From assembly GCA_964016885.1 (NCBI GenBank), contig OZ024743.1, forward strand, positions 205,902,001 to 205,966,000: 64,000 bases of DNA, in the 5' to 3' direction. A model generated the notes under the pieces. It did no database searches. It saw only the letters and a program-made list of their open reading frames with translations, and was not told where the DNA came from. Positions 53,301 to 64,000 of the stretch are shown one piece after another (the first letter of the stretch is position 1; each line of letters opens with the position of its first letter). Origin of the DNA: Eledone cirrhosa (lineage: Eukaryota). A program made the position numbers and the translations under genes.

Positions 53301-56300
53301 TTTACAAATTATCTCCCCCTGATTTTTTTTTTTACAAATTATCTCCGCCTGATTTTTTTACAAATTATCTCCCCTTGGCTGGCTGGAAATTATCTCCCCT
53401 TGGAGGCTGGAATTTATCTCCCCTTGGACGGCTGGAAATTATCTCCCCTTGGACGGCTAGAAATTACCTCTCCTTGGACGGCTGGAAATTATCTCCCCTT
53501 GAACGGCTGGAAATTATCTCCCCTTGGACGGCTGGAAATTATCTCCCCTTGGACGGCTGGAAATTATCTCCCCTTGGACGGCTGGAAATTATCTCCCCTT
53601 GGACGGCTGGAAATTATTTCCCCTTGATTTTTTTTACAAATTATCTCCCCCTGATTTTTTTTACAAATATCCCCCTAATTTAAAAAAAAATTATCTCCCC
53701 TTCGCTGGCTGGAAATTATCTCCCTTTGGACGGCTGGAAATTATAGCTGCTTGTAAGGCTGGAAATTATCTCCCCTTGGACGGCTGGAAATTATCTCCCC
53801 TTCATTTTTTTACTAATTATCTCCCCCTGATTTTTTTTTACAAATTATCTCCGCCTGATTTTTTTAAAAAAATTATCTCCCCTTGGCTGGATGGAAATTT
53901 TCTCCCCTTGGACGGCTGGAAATTATCTCCCCTTTATGTCTTCTACAAATTATCTACCCCTGATTTTTTTTTTACAAATTATCTCTCCCTGATTTTTTTT
54001 ACAAATATCTCCCCTTGGCTGGCTGGAAATTATCTCCCCTTGGACGGCTGGAAATTATCTCCCCTTGGACGCCTAGAAATTACCTCTCCTTGGACAGCTG
54101 TAAATTAACTCCCCTTGGACGGCTGGAAATTATCTCGCCTTGGACGGCTGGAAATTATCTCCCCTTGATTTTGTATACAAATTATCTCCCCCTGATTTTT
54201 TTTTACAAATTATCTGCGCCTGATTATTTATTTTACAAATTAGCTCCGCCTGATTTTTTTTTTAAATTATCTCCCCTTGGACGGCTGGAAATTATCTCCC
54301 GTTGGACGGCTGGAAATTATCTCCCCTTGATTTTTTTACAAATTATCTCCCCCTGATTTTTTTTTTACAAATTATCTCCCCCTGATTTTTTTTACAAATT
54401 ATCTCCCCCTGTTTTTTTTTACAAATTATTTCACCCTGATTTTTTTACAAATTATCTCCCCCTGATTTTTTTTACAAATTATCTCCGCCTGATTTTTTTA
54501 AATATGATCTTCCCTTGGCTGGCGGAAAATCATCTCCCCTTGGACGCCTGGAAATTATCTCCCCTTGGAAGGATGGAAATTATCTCCCCTTGGACGGCTG
54601 GAAATTATCTCCCCTTGCACTGCTGGAAATTATCTCCCCTTGGACGGCTGGAAATTATCTGCCCTTGATTTTGATTTTACAAATTATCTTCCCCTGATTT
54701 TTTTTACAAATTATTTCCACCTGATTTTTTAAAAAATTATCTCCCCTTGGACGGCTGGAAATTATCTCCCCTTGGCTGGAAATTATCTCCCCTTGGACGA
54801 TTAGAAATTATCTCTCTTTGGACGGCTGGAAATTATCTCCCCTTGATTTTTTTTACAAATTATCTCCCCCTGATTTTTTTTACAAATCTCCCAGTGATTT
54901 TTTAAAAAAAATTATCTCCCCTTCGCTGGCTGGAAATTATCTCCCCTTGGACGCTGGAAATTATAGCCCCTTGGAGGGCTGGAAGTTATCTTCCCTTGGA
55001 GGGCTGGAAATTATCTTCCCTTGGACGGCTGGAAATTATCTCCCCTTGATTTTTTTTACAAATTATCTCCCCCTGATTTTTTTTTACAAATTATCTCCCC
55101 CTGATTTTTTTTTTACCAATTATCTCCACCTGATTTTTTTAAAAATTATTTCCCCTTGGACGGCTGGAAATTATCTCCCCTTGGACGGCTGGAAATTATC
55201 TCCCCTTGGACGGCTAGAAATTACCTCTCCTTGGACGGCTGAAAATTATCTCCCCTTGGACGGCTGGAAATTATCTCCCCTTGATTTTTTTTACAAATTA
55301 TCTCCCCCTGATTTTTTTTTACAAATTATCTCCCCCTGATTTTTTTTTACAAATTATCTCCTGATTTTTTTTACAAATTATCTCCGCTTGGCTGGCTGGA
55401 AATTATCTCCCCTTGGAGGCTGGAAATTATCTCCCCTTGGACGGCTAGAAATTACCTCTCCTTGGACGGCTGGAAATTATCTGCCCTTGGACGGCTGGAA
55501 ATTATCTCTCCTTGGACGGCTGGAAATTATCTGCCCTTGGACGGCTGGAAATTATCTCCCCTTGGACGGCTGGAAATTATTTCCCCTTGATTTTTTTACA
55601 AATTATCTCCCCCTGATTTTTTTTTACAAATCTCCCCCTAATTTTAAAAAAAATTATCTCCCCTTCGCTGGCTGGAAATTATCTTCCTTTGGACGGTTGG
55701 AAATTATAGCCGCTTGTAGGGCTGGAAATTATCTCCCCTTGGACGGCTGGGAATTATCTCCCCTTGATTTTTTTACTAATTATCTCACCCTGATTTTTTT
55801 TTTCAAATTATCTCCGCCTCATTTTTTTTACAAATTATCTGCCCCTGATTATTTTTTTTACAAATTAGCTCCGCCTGATTTTTTTTAAAAATTATCTCCC
55901 CTTGGACGGCTGGAAATTATCTCCCGTTGGACGGCTGGAAATTATCTCCCCTTGGACGGCTGGAAATTATCTCCCCTTGATTTTTTTACAAATTATCTCC
56001 CCCTGATTTTTTTTTTACAAATTATCTCCGCCTGATTTTTTTTTTAAATTATCTCCCCTTGGACGGCTGGAAATTATCTCCCCTTGATTTTTTTTTCCAA
56101 ATTATCTCCCCCTGATTTTTTTTTACAAATTATCTACCCCTGATTTTTTTTTACAAATTATCTACCCCTGATTTTTTTTACAAATTATCTCCCCCTGATT
56201 TTTTTTTTACAAATTATCTCCCCCCGATTTTTTTACAAATTATCTCCCCCTGATTTTTTTTACAAATTATCTCCGCCTGATTTTTTAAAGTATTATCTTC

Positions 56301-59300
56301 CCTTGGCTGGCGGGAAATTATCTCCCCTTGGACGGCTGGAAATTATCTCCCCTTGGAAGGATGGAAATTATCTCCCCTTGGACGGCTGGAAATTATCTCC
56401 CCTTGCACTGCTGGAAATTATCTCCCCTTGGCTGGCTGGAAATTATCTCCCCCTGATATTTTTTTACAAATTATCTCCCCCTGATTTTTTTTTACAAATT
56501 ATCTCCCCCTGATTTTTTTTTACAAATTATCTCCCCCTGATTTTTTTTTACAAATTATCTCCTGATTTTTTTTACAAATTATCTCCCCTTGGCTGGCTGG
56601 AAATTATCTCCCCTAGGAGGCTGGAAATTATCTCCCCTTGGACGGCTAGAAATTACCTCTCCTTGGACGGTTGGAAATTATCTGCCCTTGGACGGCTGGA
56701 AATTATCTCTCCTTGGACGGCTGGAAATTATCTGCCCTTGGACGGCTGGAAATTATCTCCCCTTGGACGGCTGGAAATTATTTCCCCTTGATTTTTTTAC
56801 AAATTATCTCACCCTGATTTTTTTTTACAAATCTCCCCCTAATTTTAAAAAAAATTATCTCCCCTTCGCTGGCTGGAAATTATCTTCCTTTGGACGGTTG
56901 GAAATTATAGCCGCTTGTAGGGCTGGAAATTATCTCCCCTTGGACGGCTGGGAATTATCTCCCCTTGATTTTTTTACTAATTATCTCACCCTGATTTTTT
57001 TTTACAAATTATCTCCGCCTCATTTTTTAAAAAAAATTATCTCCCCCTGGCTGGATGGAAATTATCTCCCCTTGGACGGCTGGAAATTATCTCCCATTGA
57101 TTTCTTCTACAAATTATCTACCCCTGATTTTTTTTTTACAAATTATCTCTCCCTGATTTTTTTTTACAAATATCTCCCCTTGGCTGGCTGGAAATTATCT
57201 CCCGTTGGCTGGCTGGAAATTATCTCCCCTTGGACGGCTGGAAATTATCTCCCATTGATTTTTTTTACAAATTATCTCCCCTTGGCTGGCTGGAAATTAT
57301 CTCCCCTTGGCTGGCTGGAAATTATCTCCCCCTGAAATTTTTTTACAAATTAGCTCCCCCTGATTTTTTTTTACAAATTATCTCCCCCTGATTTTTTTTT
57401 TTACAAATTATCTCCGCCTGATTTTTTTACAAATTATCTCCCCTTGGCTGGCTGGAAATTATCTCCCCTTGGAGGCTGGAATTTATCTCCCCTTGGACGG
57501 CTGGAAATTATCTCCCCTTGGACGGCTAGAAATTACCTCTCCTTGGACGGCTGGAAATTATCTCCCCTTGAACGGCTGGAAATTATCTCCCCTTGGACGG
57601 CTGGAAATTATCTCCCCTTGGACGGCTGGAAATTATCTCCCCTTGGACGGCTGGAAATTATCTCCCCTTGGACGGCTGGAAATTATTTCCCCTTGATTTT
57701 TTTTACAAATTATCTCCCCCTGATTTTTTTTACAAATATCCCCCTAATTTAAAAAAAAATTATCTCCCCTTCGCTGGCTGGAAATTATCTCCCTTTGGAC
57801 GGCTGGAAATTATAGCTGCTTGTAGGGCTGGAAATTATCTCCCCTTGGACGGCTGGAAATTATCTCCCCTTCATTTTTTTACTAATTATCTCCCCCTGAT
57901 TTTTTTTTACAAATTATCTCCGCCTGATTTTTTTAAAAAAATTATCTCCCCTTGGCTGGATGGAAATTTTCTCCCCTTGGACGGCTGGAAATTATCTCCC
58001 CTTTATGTCTTCTACAAATTATCTACCCCTGATTTTTTTTTTACAAATTATCTCTCCCTGATTTTTTTTACAAATATCTCCCCTTGGCTGGCTGGAAATT
58101 ATCTCCCCTTGGACGGCTGGAAATTATCTCCCCTTGGACGCCTAGAAATTACCTCTCCTTGGACAGCTGTAAATTAACTCCCCTTGGACGGCTGGAAATT
58201 ATCTCGCCTTGGACGGCTGGAAATTATCTCCCCTTGATTTTGTATACAAATTATCTCCCCCTGATTTTTTTTTACAAATTATCTGCGCCTGATTATTTAT
58301 TTTACAAATTAGCTCCGCCTGATTTTTTTTTAAAATTATCTCCCCTTGGACGGCTGGAAATTATCTCCCCTTGGACGGCTGGAAATTATCTCCCCTTGGA
58401 CGGCTGGAAATTATCTCCCCTTGATTTTTTTACAAATTATCTCCCCCTGATTTTTTTTTTACAAATTATCTCCCCCTGATTTTTTTTACAAATTATCTCC
58501 CCCTGTTTTTTTTTACAAATTATTTCACCCTGATTTTTTTACAAATTATCTCCCCCTGATTTTTTTTACAAATTATCTCCGCCTGATTTTTTTAAATATG
58601 ATCTTCCCTTGGCTGGCGGAAAATCATCTCCCCTTGGACGCCTGGAAATTATCTCACCTTGGAAGGATGGAAATTATCTCCCCTTGGACGGCTGGAAATT
58701 ATCTCCCCTTGCACTGCTGGAAATTATCTCCCCTTGGACGGCTGGAAATTATCTGCCCTTGATTTTGATTTTACAAATTATCTTCCCCTGATTTTTTTTA
58801 CAAATTATTTCCACCTGATTTTTTAAAAAATTATCTCCCCTTGGACGGCTGGAAATTATCTCCCCTTGGCTGGAAATTATCTCCCCTTGGACGATTAGAA
58901 ATTATCTCTCTTTGGACGGCTGGAAATTATCTCCCCTTGATTTTTTTTACAAATTATCTCCCCCTGATTTTTTTTACAAATCTCCCAGTGATTTTTTAAA
59001 AAAAATTATCTCCCCTTCGCTGGCTGGAAATTATCTCCCCTTGGACGCTGGAAATTATAGCCCCTTGGAGGGCTGGAAGTTATCTTCCCTTGGAGGGCTG
59101 GAAATTATCTTCCCTTGGACGGCTGGAAATTATCTCCCCTTGATTTATTTTACAAATTATCTCCCCCTGATTTTTTTTTACAAATTATCTCCCCCTGATT
59201 TTTTTTTTACCAATTATCTCCACCTGATTTTTTTAAAAATTATTTCCCCTTGGACGGCTGGAAATTATCTCCCCTTGGACGGCTGGAAATTATCTCCCCT

Positions 59301-60300
59301 TGGACGGCTAGAAATTACCTCTCCTTGGACGGCTGAAAATTATCTCCCCTTGGACGGCTGGAAATTATCTCCCCTTGATTTTTTTTACAAATTATCTCCC
59401 CCTGATTTTTTTTTACAAATTATCTCCCCCTGATTTTTTTTTACAAATTATCTCCTGATTTTTTTTACAAATTATCTCCGCTTGGCTGGCTGGAAATTAT
59501 CTCCCCTTGGAGGCTGGAAATTATCTCCCCTTGGACGGCTAGAAATTACCTCTCCTTGGACGGCTGGAAATTATCTGCCCTTGGACGGCTGGAAATTATC
59601 TCTCCTTGGACGGCTGGAAATTATCTGCCCTTGGACGGCTGGAAATTATCTCCCCTTGGACGGCTGGAAATTATTTCCCCTTGATTTTTTTACAAATTAT
59701 CTCCCCCTGATTTTTTTTTACAAATCTCCCCCTAATTTTAAAAAAAATTATCTCCCCTTCGCTGGCTGGAAATTATCTTCCTTTGGACGGTTGGAAATTA
59801 TAGCCGCTTGTAGGGCTGGAAATTATCTCCCCTTGGACGGCTGGGAATTATCTCCCCTTGATTTTTTTACTAATTATCTCACCCTGATTTTTTTTTTCGA
59901 ATTATCTCCGCCTCATTTTTTAAAAAAAATTATCTCCCCTTGGCTGGATGGAAATTATCTCCCCTTGGACGGCTGGAAATTATCTCCCATTGATTTCTTC
60001 TACAAATTATCTACCCCTGATTTTTTTTTTACAAATTATCTCTCCCTGATTTTTTTTTACAAATATCTCCCCTTGGCTGGCTGGAAATTATCTCCCGTTG
60101 GCTGGCTGGAAATTATCTCCCCTTGGACGGCTGGAAATTATCTCCCATTGATTTTTTTTACAAATTATCTCCCCTTGGCTGGCTGGAAATTATCTCCCCT
60201 TGGCTGGCTGGAAATTATCTCCCCCTGAAATTTTTTTACAAATTAGCTCCCCCTGATTTTTTTTTACAAATTATCTCCCCCTGATTTTTTTTTTTACAAA

Positions 60301-63300
60301 TTATCTCCGCCTGATTTTTTTAAAATTATCTCCCCTTGGCTGGATGGAAATTATCTCCCCTTGGACGGCTGGAAATTATCTCCCCTTGGAAGGATGGAAA
60401 TTATCTCCCCTTGGACGGCTGGAAATTATCTCCCCTTGCACGGCTGGAAATTATCTCCCCTTGGACGGCTAGAAATTACCTCTCCTTGGACGGCTGAAAA
60501 TTATCTCCCCTTGGACGGCTGGAAATTATCTCCCCCTGATTTTTTTTACAAATTATCTCCCCTTGCACGGCTGGAAATTATCTCCCTTGTCTGGAAATTA
60601 TCTCCCCTTGGACGATTAGAAATTATCTCTCTTTGGACGGCTGGAAATTATCTCCCCTTGATTTTTTTTACAAATTATCTCCCCCTGATTTTTGTTACAA
60701 ATCTCCCAGTGATTTTTAAAAAAAGATTATCTCCCCTTCGCTGGCTGGAAATTACCTCCCCTTGGAGGCTGGAAATTATAGCCCCTTGGAGGGCTGGAAA
60801 TTATCTTCCCTTGGACGGCTGGAAATTATCTCCCCTTGATTTTTTTTACATATTATCACCCCTGATTTTTTTTTACAAATTATCTCCCCCTGATTTTTTT
60901 ACAAATTATCTCCCCCTGATTTTTTTACAAATTATCTCCCCTTGGCTGGGTGGAAATTATCTCCCCTTGGAGGCTGGAATTTATCTCCCCTTGGACGGCT
61001 GGAAATTATCTCCCCTTGGACGGCTAGAAATTATCTCCCCTTGAACGGCTGGAAATTATCTCCCCTTGGACGGCTGGAAATTATCTCCCCTTGGAAGGAT
61101 GGAAATTATCTCCCCTTGGACGGCTGGAAATTATCTCCCCTTGCACGGCTGGAAATTATCTTCCCTTGGACGGCTAGAAATTACCTCTCCTTGGACGGCT
61201 GAAAATTATCTCCCCTTGGACGGCTGGAAATTATCTCCCCCTGATTTTTTTTACAAATTATCTGCCCCTGATTTTTTTTTTACAAATTATCTCCGCGTGA
61301 TTTTTTTTAAAAATTATCTCCCCTTGGACGGCTGGAAATTATCTCCCCTTGATTTTTTTACAAATTATTTCCCCCTGATTTTCTTTTTTACAAATTATCT
61401 CCGCCTGATTTTTTTTTAAAATTATCTCCCCTTGGACGGCTGGAAATTATCTCCCCTTGGACGGCTGGAAATTATCTCCCCTTGGACGGCTGGAAATTAT
61501 CTCCCCTTGATTTTTTTTCCAAATTATCTCCCCCTGATTTTTTTTTACAAATTATCTACCCCTGATTTTTTTTTACAAATTATCTCCCCCTGATTTTTTT
61601 TACAAATTATCTCCCCCTGATTTTTTTTTTACAAATTATCTCCCCCCGATTTTTTTACAAATTATCTCCCCCTGATTTTTTTTACAAATTATCTCCGCCT
61701 GATTTTTTAAAGTATTATCTTCCCTTGGCTGGCGGGAAATTATCTCCCCTTGGACGGCTGGAAATTATCTCCCCTTGGAAGGATGGAAATTATCTCCCCT
61801 TGGACGGCTGGAAATTATCTCCCCTTGCACTGCTGGAAATTATCTCCCCTTGGACGGCTGGAAATTATCTGCCCTTGATTTTGTTTTTACAAATTATCTT
61901 CCCCTGATTTTTTTTACAAATTATCTCCACCTGATTTTTTAAAAAATTATCTCCCCTTGGACGGCTGGAAATTATCTCCCCTTGGCTGGAAATTATCTCC
62001 CTTTGGCTGGCTGGAAATTATCTCCCCCTGATATTTTTTTACAAATTAGCTCCCCCTGAATTTTTTTTACAAATTATCTCCCCCTGATTTTTTTCACAAA
62101 TTATCTCCCCCTGATTTTTTTTACAAATTATCTCCTCTGATTTAAAAAAAAAAATTATCTCCCCTTGGACGGCTGGAAATTATCTCCCCTTGGACGGCTG
62201 GAAATTATCGCCCCCTGATTTGTTTTAACAAATTATCTCCACCTGATTTTTTTACAAATCATCTCCGCCTGATTTTTTAAAAAAATTATCTCCCTTGGCT
62301 TGCTGGAAATTATCTCCCCTTGGACGGCTATAAATTATCTCTCCTTCGACGGCTGGAAATTATCTCCACTTGATTTTTTTACAAATTATCTCCCCGTGAT
62401 TTTTTTTTACCAATCTACCCCTGATTTAAAAAAAAATTATCTCCCCTTCGCTGGCTGGAAATTATCTCCCCTTGGACGGCTGGAAATTATCTCCCCTTGA
62501 TTTTTTTTACAAATTATCTCCCCCTGATTTTTTTTTACAAATTATCTCCCCCTGATTTTTTTTTTACAAATTATCTCCGCCTGATTTTTTAAAAATTATC
62601 TCTCCTTGGCTGGATGGAAATCATCTCCCCCTGATTTTTTTTACAAATTATCTCCCCTTGCACGGCTGGAAATTATCTCCCCTTGGACGGCTGGAAATTA
62701 TCTCCCGTTGGCTGCAAATTATCTCCCCTTGGACGGCTAGAAATTACCTCTCTTTGGACGGCTGGAAATTATCTCCCCTTGATTTTTTTTACAAATTATC
62801 TCCCCCTGATTTTTTTTACAAATCTCCCAGTGATTTTTTAAAAAAAATTATCTCCCCTTCGCTGGCTGGAAATTATCTCCCCTTGGACGCTGGAAATTAT
62901 AGCCCCTTGGAGGGCTGGAAATTATCTTCCCTTGGACGGCTGGAAATTATCTCCCCTTGGACGGATGGAAATTATCTCCCCTAGGACGGCTAGAAATTAC
63001 CTCTCCTTGGACGGCTGAAAATTATCTCCCCTTGGACGGCTGGAAATTATCTCCCCTTGATTTTTTTTAAAAATTATCTCCCTCTGATTTTTTTTTACAA
63101 ATTATCTCCCCCTGATTTTTTTTTACAAATTATCTCCCCCTGATTTTTTTTTACAAATTATCTCCCCCTGATTTTTTTACAAATCATCTCCCCTTGGCTG
63201 GCTGGCAATTATCTCCCCTTGGAGGCTGGAATTTATCTCCCCTTGGACGGCTGGAAATTATCTCCCCTTGGACGGCTAGAAATTACCTCTCCTTGTACGG

Positions 63301-64000
63301 CTGGAAATTATCTCCCCTTGAACGGCTGGAAATTATCTCTCCTTGGACGGCTGGAAATTATCTCCCCTTGGACGGCTGGAAATTACCTCTCCTTGGACGG
63401 CTGGAAATTATCTCCCCTTGGACGGCTGGAAATTATCTCCCCTTGGACGGCTGGAAATTATTTCCCCTTGATTTTTTTTACAAATTATCTCCCCCTGATT
63501 TTTTTTACAAATTATCTCCGCCTGATTTTTTAAAATATTATCTTCCCTTGGCTGGCGGGAAATTATCTCCCCTTGGACGCCTGGAAATTATCTCCCCTTG
63601 GAAGGATGGAAATTATCTCCCCTTGGACGGCTGGAAATTATCTCCCCTTGCACTGCTGGAAATTATCTCCCCTTGGACGGCTGGAAATTATCTGCCCTTG
63701 ATTTTGTTTTTACAAATTATCTTCCCCTGATTTTTTTTACAAATTATCTCCACCTGATTTTTAAAAAAATTATCTCCCCTTGGCTGGAAATTATCTCCCC
63801 TTGGACGATTAGAAATTATCTCTCTTTGGACGGCTGGAAATTATCTCCCCTTGATTTTTTTTACAAATTATCTCCCCCTGATTTTTTTTACAAATCTCCC
63901 AGTGATTTTTTTAAAAAAATTATCTCCCCTTCGCTGGCTGGAAATTATCTCCCCTTGGACGCTGGAAATTATAGCCCCTTGGAGGGCTGGAAGTTATCTT
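60301..64000 (+). repeat. Right-hand older mosaic zone, homologous to modules at ~28.7-30.5 kb and ~25.0-25.9 kb
   Basis: Shares the rare strings tcgccccctgatttgttttaac (29353/62208), cccgttggctgcaaatt, ggctggcaattatc and ccttgtacggctgg. ORF 63194 (178 aa) resembles ORFs 30161 and 25018. Confidence 0.8.

Larger units (their letters stand above)
29395..60300 (+). repeat. Young homogeneous HOR zone, block order P-S-Q-S-S-Q-S-P-S-P-S-Q-S-Q'
   Basis: Near-identical translated tracks recur at fixed offsets. P: 30161/44622/49344. S: 33338/37407/39007/43076/47798/52520/56589. Q: 34193/39862/53375/57444. Confidence 0.93.
1..64000 (+). repeat. Complex two-monomer satellite DNA array (25-bp type A and ~27-bp T-tract type B), head-to-tail, running off both window edges
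   Basis: The core AAATTATCTCCCC recurs every ~21-30 bp across the whole window, followed by either TTGGACGGCTGG (A) or (C/T)TGA-T(n)-AC (B). No inversion or unique insert was seen. Confidence 0.99.

Noticed and set aside
165-63730. Many + strand ORFs of 60-310 aa (e.g. 30161-31093, 33338-34084) encoding DGWKLSPLGRLEIISPWTAGNYLPL-like repeats
   Set aside because: Monomer A has no stop codon in any + frame, so three 25-bp units give a 25-aa repeat in every frame. The ORFs overlap in all three frames, mostly start at TTG, and T-tract lengths vary without preserving frame. No minus-strand ORFs appear because TAA in AGATAATTT cycles through the frames. This is not a real repeat-protein gene.
1-64000. 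CRISPR-like repeat-spacer appearance (constant core plus variable linker)
   Set aside because: The core is only ~16 bp, and the linkers are 9-14 bp of just two recurring types rather than unique 25-45 bp spacers. There is no leader and no cas gene.
1-64000. Telomerase-synthesised long telomeric repeat (25-bp unit, C-rich vs G-rich strands, as in some budding yeasts)
   Set aside because: Variants are inherited in kb-scale duplicated blocks, which indicates recombinational amplification rather than templated addition. The unit matches no telomere repeat I recognise. A subtelomeric location is not excluded.

Overview
The whole 64 kb window is one uninterrupted, single-orientation tandem repeat (complex satellite DNA). 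I found no genes, RNA genes, transposons, CRISPR array or unique sequence. It is built from two related monomers that share the core AAATTATCTCCCC(T/C)TG. Type A is 25 bp (AAATTATCTCCCCTTGGACGGCTGG) and type B is ~26-30 bp (AAATTATCTCCCCCTGA-T(7-11)-AC). They alternate in runs of ~1-13 units, roughly 2,400-2,500 monomers by length estimate. Diagnostic variant monomers recur in fixed order and reveal nested higher-order repeats (HORs). Positions 1-29.4 kb are an older mosaic with ~285, 311, 1,300 and ~4,300 bp duplications. Positions ~29.4-60.3 kb are a young, near-identical zone made of three blocks in the order P-S-Q-S-S-Q-S-P-S-P-S-Q-S-Q' (periods 1,600, 4,069, 4,722, 14,461 and 19,182 bp). 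From ~60.3 kb the sequence returns to an older mosaic resembling the left flank. All listed ORFs are by-products of the stop-free 25-bp monomer. The architecture resembles eukaryotic (peri)centromeric or subtelomeric heterochromatin, but neither organism nor function can be established from the sequence alone. All comparisons were made by eye and from ORF-track offsets, so block boundaries are approximate.
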